Source: a virus (Duplodnaviria > Caudoviricetes). From it: a DNA stretch of 64,000 nt. Made by a program: the position numbers and the translations under genes. The notes under the pieces were generated by a model. It worked only from the letters and a program-made list of their open reading frames with translations, did no database searches and was not told the DNA's origin. The stretch covers positions 34,497-98,496 of the IMG/VR virus record IMGVR_UViG_3300042554_000410; one strand, written 5' to 3'. This document shows, in pieces, positions 5,406 through 13,308 of this stretch; position 1 is the stretch's first letter, and each line of letters begins with the position of its first letter.

Positions 5406-5436
5406 TATTTATATCACAAGGAAGTCAATTTGTCAA
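5406..5436 (-). promoter_or_regulatory. Overlapping sigma70-type and T4 late promoter upstream of the leader ORF
   Basis: TTGACA-N17-TATAAA, with a TATAAATA late box at 5406-5413. Confidence 0.7.
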
Positions 5437-5437
5437 G

Positions 5438-6064
5438 TTATTCTCTAACTTTTCTAATTCTTTTTTCGTCGCCTAGATTTGCTCTTCCATCGTATGCCAA
5501 ATCTGCGTTTGGACCATTTGCATCAACGTAGTGCAAAAATACTTGTGCTTGCCATCTGCCTGTATATTTTTCTCTCCAGTGCCAGAGATCCATTCCTCTG
5601 TAAAGAACAGCACCGCCCACTTCGATTATCTGTCTATGAACATCTGTGTGTTTATCAGTTTTAGAAAAAAAGAAAGGCCAGATAGATGACTTTTTATCGT
5701 GACCTAAAGTTATTGTGGCTGATATTTCGCAACTAGGGCGATCTTTGTGTATATTTAAAACTTCATTTTTATTGTAGAGTCTGGCATACGTATACGTTGG
5801 AAGTAGCGATATATTGATAAGAGATGATATCTTTGATCGATTTAGATCAAGAAACTTATCTAAAAGGGATTCTCCATATATACTACCTGAAAGAGTACAC
5901 TGTTTATCTGGTTTTAATCTTCCTTCATTTTTCAAGGAAAGAAGATGATTCGTGAGCATTTCACACTCATACTTGTCCACAAGATTAGGAACATATGCCC
6001 AGCCATGTTTTGCAAAATGCTGCTCTACATTTAGACAGGATTCTCTTTTATCTAAATTTTCCAT
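5438..6064 (-). CDS. 2OG-Fe(II) oxygenase
   Basis: YARLY...HKDRPSCEISATI...G..LWHWRE...QVFLHYV; late box TATAAATA at 6083-6090. Confidence 0.8.
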   Translation of the reverse strand: MENLDKRESCLNVEQHFAKHGWAYVPNLVDKYECEMLTNHLLSLKNEGRLKPDKQCTLSGSIYGESLLDKFLDLNRSKISSLINISLLPTYTYARLYNKNEVLNIHKDRPSCEISATITLGHDKKSSIWPFFFSKTDKHTDVHRQIIEVGGAVLYRGMDLWHWREKYTGRWQAQVFLHYVDANGPNADLAYDGRANLGDEKRIRKVRE

Positions 6065-6121
6065 TTTACACTCTTTTATTTTTATTTATAATGGAGTGTA
6101 TAACTCTAACCTTAATTAAGA

Positions 6122-6769
6122 TCATTCTTTTGATAAGATTCTATCTGTTGCTTTTTTCCAGGCTTCTTCATTGTCTAAAATGTAAGCTATCGAAATTCTT
6201 TTCGATTTTGTCTCTGCGGCATGCCAAAAAAGTTTGTTTTCGTCTTCTATGGAAGGAAAATAACCTACTTTTATATTCCAACCAGGATTATCTTGAATCG
6301 TTGTTATGGATTTTGTTTCTCTGTCCCAATATTTGAAATTGCCACTTCCGTCAACACTATACGTAAATAGTGCATTGTAACCGGGAGCATTTCCATTATG
6401 GTGCCATCCAATGTATCCATTTTCAGGATATATGATAGATAGAGAATTTTTTGTTGAACTTATAATCTTTCCAAGACTTAGTAATTTGGTTTCAATCATT
6501 ACTAATTCTCGTAGATTGAAATAGGCCATATCTTTTATTGAAATGCCCAAAACTGCGCGGGGATGACAAAATTGTAATACGTCAAGTTTATGTGCTTCAA
6601 ATAGATATTTGTCTGAACATGGATGATATGAAGTGATAAGACTATCTTCTAATCTTTTCATTTCCCAATCATCAACAAGTTTTGAAACATTATCACTCAA
6701 ATAGTATCTTTCTATTTGAGACAATATACTTTTTATTTTTTCATTCTCTACATTGATGACTTTCATCAT
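6122..6769 (-). CDS. Hypothetical protein, possible cupin/2OG-oxygenase fold
   Basis: YPENGYIGWHHN...FWHAA...RISIAY. Confidence 0.55.
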   Translation of the reverse strand: MMKVINVENEKIKSILSQIERYYLSDNVSKLVDDWEMKRLEDSLITSYHPCSDKYLFEAHKLDVLQFCHPRAVLGISIKDMAYFNLRELVMIETKLLSLGKIISSTKNSLSIIYPENGYIGWHHNGNAPGYNALFTYSVDGSGNFKYWDRETKSITTIQDNPGWNIKVGYFPSIEDENKLFWHAAETKSKRISIAYILDNEEAWKKATDRILSKE

Positions 6770-6794
6770 GATAATTGTTATCCATATTATTTTT

Positions 6795-6876
6795 TGGTGC
6801 GAGTGGAGGGACTTGAACCCCCATGCTTTCGCGGTTGATTTTGAGTCAACTGTGTCTACCGTTTCACCACACTCGC
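6795..6876 (-). tRNA. tRNA-Leu(CAA)
   Basis: Loop CTCAAAA; variable arm GC-GAAA-GC; ACCA. Confidence 0.93.
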
Positions 6877-6968
6877 TGGTCGGCGTGCTTGGATTCGAAC
6901 CAAGTCAAGAACACTCATCTAGTGCTAAAGGGATTATAAGGCCCTCCCGTGTACCAACACCCACGCCG
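6877..6968 (-). tRNA. Atypical tRNA with UAU anticodon
   Basis: CGGCGTG/CACGCCG-A-CCA, minimal D-arm, loop CTTATAA, long variable region, canonical T-arm. Confidence 0.7.
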
Positions 6969-7169
6969 TTAAATCTTCTTGATACCGTTTACATAATTCT
7001 CTGCGGCATCTTCATGATACAGAAGATTATGTTCTTCATACGATTCAGTAGCAACGATTAAACCATTTTTACCAAACTCAACTTCAAACTTATCTTGAGA
7101 CGCATTATAATATACAATGGCCTTCAAGTCAAAGTCTTCTGAATGAAATACTGATACTTGGCTTCTCAT
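6969..7169 (-). CDS. Hypothetical protein
   Basis: 66-aa ORF with a GAGGA RBS between tRNAs. Confidence 0.65.
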   Translation of the reverse strand: MRSQVSVFHSEDFDLKAIVYYNASQDKFEVEFGKNGLIVATESYEEHNLLYHEDAAENYVNGIKKI

Positions 7170-7185
7170 GCTATCCTCTTTGTTT

Positions 7186-7261
7186 TGGTGCGCCCGCTCA
7201 GATTCGAACTGAGGATCGGACGGTTATGAGCCGTCAGCATTAACCGCTATGCTACAGGCGC
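7186..7261 (-). tRNA. tRNA with CAU anticodon (Ile2 or elongator Met)
   Basis: GACGG-CTCATAA-CCGTC; ACCA. Confidence 0.9.
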
Positions 7262-7265
7262 GAGT

Positions 7266-7341
7266 TGGTGCCCCTTGTCAGATTCGAACTGACCCTTGAA
7301 GGATTTTAAGTCCTCTGCCTCTACCGCTGGGCTAAAGGGGC
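7266..7341 (-). tRNA. tRNA-Leu(UAA) with short variable loop
   Basis: Loop CTTAAAA; 5-nt variable loop; ACCA. Confidence 0.85.
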
Positions 7342-7347
7342 TTTATC

Positions 7348-7614
7348 TTAGTCCTTGCTTGACCCGTGAATGAAACCCTTGCGAGGATCACCCCAATATG
7401 TATCTGCGCGGACACGAACGAACCGTGCGCGAGTATCGGCCGTGTTCTCATTTGGAACAGACAACCAAGGATTCTTGCCAGCCAACCACGCCTTCTGCTT
7501 CATTGTCCACTTTACAATAGCAGACCGATCACGCTTGATGGCCTTAGAAATCTGTCGATTTGCTTCACGCTCACCCTTTGAGGTGTAAGTAGATTTAGTC
7601 TTTGGTGCGGACAT
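7348..7614 (-). CDS. Hypothetical basic protein
   Basis: 88-aa ORF with a GGAGA RBS. Confidence 0.65.
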   Translation of the reverse strand: MSAPKTKSTYTSKGEREANRQISKAIKRDRSAIVKWTMKQKAWLAGKNPWLSVPNENTADTRARFVRVRADTYWGDPRKGFIHGSSKD

Positions 7615-7638
7615 TCACTTTCTCCATTATACTTTAAT

Positions 7639-7715
7639 TGGCGACTCCGGAGGGACTTGAACCCCCAGCATTCAGATTAGAAGTCTGACACTCTATCCAG
7701 TTGAGTTACGGAGCC
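7639..7715 (-). tRNA. tRNA-Arg(UCU)
   Basis: Loop CTTCTAA; A20; GCCA. Confidence 0.94.
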
Positions 7716-7727
7716 ATTGAACTTTAT

Positions 7728-7916
7728 TTATGCTACCTGATCAACAGGAAAGCCTCTGATGTAACAGCCATCAAGAAAACGATGACCAGTCTTGTGTGCA
7801 TCATCGCTGTCCAGGAAAAACTGTTCCCAGATGCAATCATCTTCTTCAAAGCAATATAGCATGAAGCCGACGCGGTTGTCAACTACAGAAAAATCTACTT
7901 CATATGACCTAACCAT
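7728..7916 (-). CDS. Hypothetical protein
   Basis: Tandem ORF in a tightly packed operon. Confidence 0.6.
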   Translation of the reverse strand: MVRSYEVDFSVVDNRVGFMLYCFEEDDCIWEQFFLDSDDAHKTGHRFLDGCYIRGFPVDQVA

Positions 7917-8139
7917 TGTCTATATCCTTCTTAATTTTGGGCATAACCATAGTTAGTGCTTGTGCAAGAGTGTAAGCCATTTCACGAGGAATGGATACAG
8001 ATTCTCTGTTATCAGCAAAGTTATAAACAATGGTGATAGGATCATTCATAAAGTTATTACGAGTGTAAACTTCGATCCATTGTTTGGATCTACGATCACC
8101 GTAAAACTTATGTTTCGTTTCAATAGTATCATCAAACAT
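7909..8139 (-). CDS. Hypothetical protein
   Basis: Translationally coupled ORF. Confidence 0.6.
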   Translation of the reverse strand: MFDDTIETKHKFYGDRRSKQWIEVYTRNNFMNDPITIVYNFADNRESVSIPREMAYTLAQALTMVMPKIKKDIDNG

Positions 8140-8375
8140 TATGCTGCACCTTTGCGAAGCTTAACACCAGTAACTCGTTCCAATGCGATGATAGAAACGG
8201 GATACTGAGGATTGCCAGTGTATAAACGAAAAGTATTTTTTGGATCGTATCGCTCACTTTTCACTACCCTTCCACTCTTGATGAGAATGTCATGCCGACA
8301 ACCGTACTTATATTCAGTACGGACATGCAGCAGATCGCCAACGTTCGGTTTCCAATCATTTGTCATCATGGTCAA
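8139..8375 (-). CDS. Hypothetical protein (possible SH3/KOW-like barrel)
   Basis: KPNVGDLLHV start; beta-rich. Confidence 0.55.
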   Translation of the reverse strand: MTMMTNDWKPNVGDLLHVRTEYKYGCRHDILIKSGRVVKSERYDPKNTFRLYTGNPQYPVSIIALERVTGVKLRKGAA

Positions 8376-8908
8376 ATCTTAGCAGTTGTCTTGAAGGATG
8401 TCAACATCTTTTTTGTCAGACGTTTCCCACGAATATAAGGATATCCGTGCTTGAACTTAATCTTTTCCTGTTTCAGGACACAAGAATAGAGAAGATATAG
8501 CGAACGGTCGCGACCATACGCTTCAATTTCCCAAGGCCAGTTCAGATAGTCCTCGAAAGAATTGGTAATCTTGTAGGTCTTGCCCTGCCACTTGGCTGTG
8601 ATTAGTTCGTGCCGCAACTCGCCCTTTGCATATTGCTTCATATGGACAATCTCATGCGCGAGGCATTGCAGCATCTTGTATCGGGACAGCTTTGAATTGA
8701 TACCGATTTCAAACATTCGCGGGCGCGGACTATCATCATAAGAAAAACAATGGCCCTGTGCATACTTGCCCTGCTTCTCAAAGCAGATGTCAACCTGAAT
8801 ATTTTCTAGCAGTCTCTTGCTCATGATATACTGAGCAAAGAAGATTGTGGCAAACTTGATTTCGGCCTTACACATGGCCGAAGTCTTACCGCGAATGTTG
8901 ATTTTCAT
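8372..8908 (-). CDS. Zincin-like metallopeptidase
   Basis: LAHEIVHMKQY (HExxH) and PWEIEAY. Confidence 0.75.
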   Translation of the reverse strand: MKINIRGKTSAMCKAEIKFATIFFAQYIMSKRLLENIQVDICFEKQGKYAQGHCFSYDDSPRPRMFEIGINSKLSRYKMLQCLAHEIVHMKQYAKGELRHELITAKWQGKTYKITNSFEDYLNWPWEIEAYGRDRSLYLLYSCVLKQEKIKFKHGYPYIRGKRLTKKMLTSFKTTAKI

Positions 8909-8909
8909 T

Positions 8910-9116
8910 CTATTCCTTTATATCGCTATATGACTTGTTCCGTGGCGCCTGTGTATGGTCGCCATTTGCAAACACAACCGTATCGCCTGGTGCAATCTCA
9001 CGAAAAGCACGGAGATCCCAACCAGGATGAATGAAATCTGGCTGCCCGAACAAACGCACGGCAGTCAGATACCTCTCATCCTTGAAACCGACGAAATGCA
9101 GGCAGGTGTTAGTCAC
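8910..9116 (-). CDS. Hypothetical protein
   Basis: HFVGFK...FGQPDFIH..WD.RA motif; GTG start. Confidence 0.6.
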   Translation of the reverse strand: MTNTCLHFVGFKDERYLTAVRLFGQPDFIHPGWDLRAFREIAPGDTVVFANGDHTQAPRNKSYSDIKE

Positions 9117-9255
9117 TCATTAACTCTCCGTTCATATACATCACATAGAAGCCCCAAGCCATCAGACCGAGACCGATTGCGCCCATTACCATCTGGAGTC
9201 CAAGTCCAGTCGTGGCCGAAGCGCCGAGAACCATACCGAGCAGAAATCTAAGCAT
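9109..9255 (-). CDS. 48-aa membrane protein (absent from the ORF track)
   Basis: MLRFLLGMVLGASATTGLGLQMVMGAIGLGLMAWGFYVMYMNGELMSD; coupled to neighbours. Confidence 0.6.
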   Translation of the reverse strand: MLRFLLGMVLGASATTGLGLQMVMGAIGLGLMAWGFYVMYMNGELMSD

Positions 9256-9422
9256 TAGCGAATCTCCCTAAGACGCAACTTGACCCAAGTATTGATTTCT
9301 TCAACTTGCAGGTCATATTCCCAGTCCGACATATCAGAGTGGAGGTATTCACTATCAAGCCGATACATCATACGCTCGGCCGCACGTTCAATCTGGTCTT
9401 CGGACGAATATTGATTATACAT
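9255..9422 (-). CDS. Hypothetical acidic protein
   Basis: TAATG coupling with the upstream ORF; start MYNQYS. Confidence 0.55.
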   Translation of the reverse strand: MYNQYSSEDQIERAAERMMYRLDSEYLHSDMSDWEYDLQVEEINTWVKLRLREIR

Positions 9423-9847
9423 TAGAGCCAACCTTCCTGATAATGACAAGCCACATAGTCAATCTTTTCGGGCTGTTCAGCCAGCCAAGCGGCCCGTTCC
9501 GCTTCCTGCTCAAGGCGATATTCTTCTTCCTGGCGCTGCCACTCTTCCTCGCGCTTGATCTCATCTTCCATCATGCGACCGAGAAGATCAATCTCACGTT
9601 CCAGTTCCTCGTCGGACATGTCCTTGAGATTGATGTGGCGCGGACGACAACCCGTAACGTCCTTATACATTTCCCAGAACAAGGTCTCGTTTTCGTAACG
9701 CCTAAACTCAGCCACAGTTGTGACACCCATCTCGGCCCAGAAATCAAGTTCCTCGACATAGAGACCAGTCCAACGATTGTCCGGATCTTCGGCAATCCAA
9801 GCCAGCTTTTCAGCGTTAAGCTTTGCAAGATGTTCAACGAGGGTCAT
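9422..9847 (-). CDS. Hypothetical acidic protein
   Basis: GGAGA-ACACT-ATG RBS. Confidence 0.7.
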   Translation of the reverse strand: MTLVEHLAKLNAEKLAWIAEDPDNRWTGLYVEELDFWAEMGVTTVAEFRRYENETLFWEMYKDVTGCRPRHINLKDMSDEELEREIDLLGRMMEDEIKREEEWQRQEEEYRLEQEAERAAWLAEQPEKIDYVACHYQEGWL

Positions 9848-9991
9848 AGTGTTCTCCGTCATCATACACTATAGATGGGGATGGCAAGTCGGTTTTTCAA
9901 GTGGTCAAAATGCATACCAGCTATGCATCCAGAGCATGGGCTAAGTGCTTGATTTGTCGTTCGGCTAAGTGATTGATTTTATTGAGGTCGG
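9841..9991 (-). promoter_or_regulatory. Regulatory module copy 1 (two IHF-consensus sites, GCAT-repeat operator, shared 5' UTR/RBS)
   Basis: WATCAANNNNTTR matches at 9942-9954 and 9966-9978; near-identical blocks at 46147-46294. Confidence 0.65.
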
Positions 9992-10090
9992 TCCAGACGC
10001 AGGAGGAGAGGGCTGGAGCGGGTAGATCCAGCCAGATATATCCATACTACCCGCTGGCCAGTCGCTTTTCCAGCCCATTCCTACCGAGTT

Positions 10091-10327
10091 TTAAGCAGAA
10101 ATGAAGTCGGAGAAGTCGGCGTTGACATTCCGTGCGAATACAACTTCCCGTAGTACAAAAGTCGGAGTGAATCCGTCAAAGCCGCCGCCTGATTCCAGAA
10201 AATTAGCATAGTCTAATGCATCTTCCTCGAACTCAAAAGCCTTAATCAGTTGCTCGGTCTTGTTTTCCATAACGCACCAGATGTAATCAGAGTTGACTTC
10301 AAGTGGTAGAACGTAGTAGTTATCCAT
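10091..10327 (-). CDS. Hypothetical protein
   Basis: Start MDNYYV after GGAGA; GGGFDGFTP motif. Confidence 0.65.
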   Translation of the reverse strand: MDNYYVLPLEVNSDYIWCVMENKTEQLIKAFEFEEDALDYANFLESGGGFDGFTPTFVLREVVFARNVNADFSDFISA

Positions 10328-10562
10328 TCTTTTTCTCCAGATAGCAGGTGCAGGCTTCAAATTCAAATTCACAAGTTTCGTCTATCGGCATAAAGTCCCA
10401 CTCAGGACAATAGTGTCGTTTTTCTCCAGTCAATATCTGACCATAAAATAACATACACTCTTTTGCCCATATAATCTCAAAGTCTTCGTCGGTCATCTCT
10501 TTGGGATCATCCGTGCTTACTTCTTTGAACTTCTGCCTTAGTTCTATCTTGTCGCTTGTCAT
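10320..10562 (-). CDS. Hypothetical protein (Cys-rich C-terminus)
   Basis: HYCPEWD...C...CTC. Confidence 0.6.
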   Translation of the reverse strand: MTSDKIELRQKFKEVSTDDPKEMTDEDFEIIWAKECMLFYGQILTGEKRHYCPEWDFMPIDETCEFEFEACTCYLEKKNG

Positions 10563-10563
10563 G

Positions 10564-11946
10564 TCACACCTTTAGACTTTTAAACTTATCTTTTGAACTA
10601 CTTGTCTGTGGAACTTGACCACTATCAACAATATCTATCTGAGCGGATTGTTCTACATCATACAACTTCATCTTTGCTTTGTCGATGCCGATAACAAATC
10701 TCTTGTTCTGAGTCGGATCAGAATATCGATTCTTCAACTGCTTTACCATTATCTGATTTAGTTCTTGTAGTTGCTCGGTAGAAATCAAGGCTGCCATAAA
10801 GTCAGCAGTAGCAGGAAGACCAAACGATTCGGAAGTATCTTCAAGACCAACGTCTGAACTTGTAAAGCCAGTTCTGTTTGTCTGAGTGGCCGAAACAACT
10901 GGCACTTCAAACTCTACAGCAAGACCGCGCAACTCTTCTGCGATAGACTTGATGTATGTATAACTGTTCACATTACCGCCAGGCTTGATGCGAGAAGATG
11001 CACAGATGTTTAGATAGTCAACAAAGATGATATCTGGCTTGAATGATTTCTTCAAGTGCAACTCATTCAGCAAGGCTTTGAAATGCAAAGTGGATGCTGC
11101 TGCGGTTGGATATTCCTTGACGATAAGTTTTCCTTGTGCCTTGTTCTTGAGAACAGAAGCTTTCTTCAAATACAAATCACGAGGAAGTTGGAGCAAGTCA
11201 TCAATCGTAATGTTCATGAGATTTGCGTCAATACGCTTTGCAACTTCTTCTTCGGCCAACTCAAGTGTGATATACAACACATTCTTGCCTTGAGCCAAAC
11301 AAGCGGCAGCAATGTGACACATAGTCAGAGACTTACCGACACCAGTACCAGCCAAAAAGATGTTGAGTGTCTTACGGCTGAAACCATTCTTGGTAATCTT
11401 GTTGAAGAAATCTAGATCGAAAGGAATCTTGTGTTCGACACGATGATAGTATTCGAATCGTTCTTCAAAGTCTTCAAGATAATCGTGACCAACATTTGGA
11501 TCAAAAGTGACAGCAAGTGCTTGTGTCAATAGATCAGGGATGGCACCCTTTGTGAGAGTGCCACCCTTGTTGTTCATGATTTCGATAGACTGCATTATTG
11601 CATTATAGATTGCTTTCTCTTGACAGAACTTTTCGGTGCTATCAAGAAGCCAGTCTGCATTTGTATCCACTTCATCAGCGTTGAGGTCTTTGATGAGAGT
11701 AGATGCGTCTCTGGCCTGGTCTGCTGTCAACCCGCGAAGTGAATCAACTTCAATCAGCAATGCGTCTGTGGTAGGTAGATTGTTATACTTGATAGTGAAA
11801 TCACGAATTTCGTTGAAGATGTTGCGTTCAACTTCATTCGTGAAGTATTCACTCTTGAGAAACGGCAGAACCCTTCGCGTGAACGATTCGTTCTTCACCA
11901 GATTCTTCAATATAACTTTCTCTATCTGCACCATCCAACTCCGCAA
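10564..11946 (-). CDS. 41: Replicative DNA helicase (T4 gp41-like)
   Basis: AGTGVGKS Walker A; DYLNI; SATQTNR; SESFGLPATAD. Confidence 0.95.
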   Translation of the reverse strand: MRSWMVQIEKVILKNLVKNESFTRRVLPFLKSEYFTNEVERNIFNEIRDFTIKYNNLPTTDALLIEVDSLRGLTADQARDASTLIKDLNADEVDTNADWLLDSTEKFCQEKAIYNAIMQSIEIMNNKGGTLTKGAIPDLLTQALAVTFDPNVGHDYLEDFEERFEYYHRVEHKIPFDLDFFNKITKNGFSRKTLNIFLAGTGVGKSLTMCHIAAACLAQGKNVLYITLELAEEEVAKRIDANLMNITIDDLLQLPRDLYLKKASVLKNKAQGKLIVKEYPTAAASTLHFKALLNELHLKKSFKPDIIFVDYLNICASSRIKPGGNVNSYTYIKSIAEELRGLAVEFEVPVVSATQTNRTGFTSSDVGLEDTSESFGLPATADFMAALISTEQLQELNQIMVKQLKNRYSDPTQNKRFVIGIDKAKMKLYDVEQSAQIDIVDSGQVPQTSSSKDKFKSLKV

Positions 11947-12208
11947 TATCTATGATTAAAGTATTCAATATCAAACCAAGATGCTGTTCAAAATACTTAT
12001 CCTTACGCAGCAACTCTTCTTTGAACTTACCTGATGAAAGTATTTCGTAAGAGAACCGAAGAGTGGCATTTCCATCTTCTGGATTTTCACGAATGCCTAC
12101 GTTCGTAAAACGAAATATAACATCTTTGTATGCTTCTGTCAATAACTGAATAGCAGTTGTGTCCGTATTATAGACATTACTGAATCGGAAATCTGTACCT
12201 AAAATCAT
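11849..12208 (-). CDS. Hypothetical protein at the gp40 position
   Basis: Synteny between uvsX and 41. Confidence 0.55.
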   Translation of the reverse strand: MILGTDFRFSNVYNTDTTAIQLLTEAYKDVIFRFTNVGIRENPEDGNATLRFSYEILSSGKFKEELLRKDKYFEQHLGLILNTLIIDIAELDGADRESYIEESGEERIVHAKGSAVSQE

Positions 12209-13257
12209 TCAGATTCCTCCGTATCTGTGACATTGGACTTACCATAAAGAAACTCATTCTTACATGCTTCGTCAATTTTGTCCATGATGTCCTTTGTAAA
12301 ATACTTTTCTGGATTTATTTGAATGACAGACTCGAAAGCCTTAGTTCCATCTGGCATTTCATACTTGTTTGCTACCTTCTTCATGATACCAAACTTTTCA
12401 GCCAAATCAATCAGACCATAGTATGGATCAAGGCCGTAAGAATAGTCGAGTAGAGTTTCGACCTTCTTGTTCTCAATCGTCAGACGAGCCTTCTTGAGAT
12501 TGGCCGTGATGATTGCGCCAGATACACTACCGTCTTTGTCCTTGTCTTTCTTCTTTGACAGGAACAGAATGGTCGATGCAGCATATTCAAGACCAGAACC
12601 GCCACCCATCTTCTTGGTCGGAACATACGAACCTACTACATCATAAACGTGATTGGTCACGATGAGAGGCACCTTAGCCTTACCAAGCTTGAGTGTAAGA
12701 ACACGGAACGCACCACGAACAAGTTGTGCGCGTGTCATGTCGCGTGTGTCCTTGCCGTCTGCGATATCGGCCATTTCTTTGTCTGTAGAAAGATTGCCGA
12801 GTGAATCAAGAACAAAGAGCATCGGCGGGCGATCCTTCTTCTCCTTGTCTTCAATATACTTGTCGAGGATTTTTACGGCTTGAGTTCTAAATTCTTGGAT
12901 AGTTGCGACTGGCACAACTGCAACTCGCTTTGTGTCAACGTTTCTGTCTGAAAGCATTTGCTTAGATATAGCGGATTCTGATTCAAAGTAGAAGACGAAT
13001 CCATCTTTATTGTCTCTGAGGAACTGTCTGACAATGTTGATTGCGTAAAAGGTCTTGCCGGTTGAGGGTTCACCTGCGAGTGCTGTGACCTTGTTTGCAG
13101 GTAAGCCACCGTAAATGCTACCGCTAAGTAGAGCATTGAGACTATAAGAGCCAGTACCAATGAACCCAGTGACATCACCAGCTTCGATACCTTCGTCTGC
13201 AATTCCCGCATATTCATTATCAATCTCCTTGAGTAAGGAAGTAAACATGTTTGACAT
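12205..13257 (-). CDS. uvsX: RecA-like recombinase UvsX
   Basis: GEPSTGKT; DSLGNL; MGGGSGLEYAAS. Confidence 0.95.
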   Translation of the reverse strand: MSNMFTSLLKEIDNEYAGIADEGIEAGDVTGFIGTGSYSLNALLSGSIYGGLPANKVTALAGEPSTGKTFYAINIVRQFLRDNKDGFVFYFESESAISKQMLSDRNVDTKRVAVVPVATIQEFRTQAVKILDKYIEDKEKKDRPPMLFVLDSLGNLSTDKEMADIADGKDTRDMTRAQLVRGAFRVLTLKLGKAKVPLIVTNHVYDVVGSYVPTKKMGGGSGLEYAASTILFLSKKKDKDKDGSVSGAIITANLKKARLTIENKKVETLLDYSYGLDPYYGLIDLAEKFGIMKKVANKYEMPDGTKAFESVIQINPEKYFTKDIMDKIDEACKNEFLYGKSNVTDTEESE

Positions 13258-13308
13258 ATAGATTCTCCTATATTATGTTGAACGTCACGATTCTCCGTGA
13301 CGCTGTAT

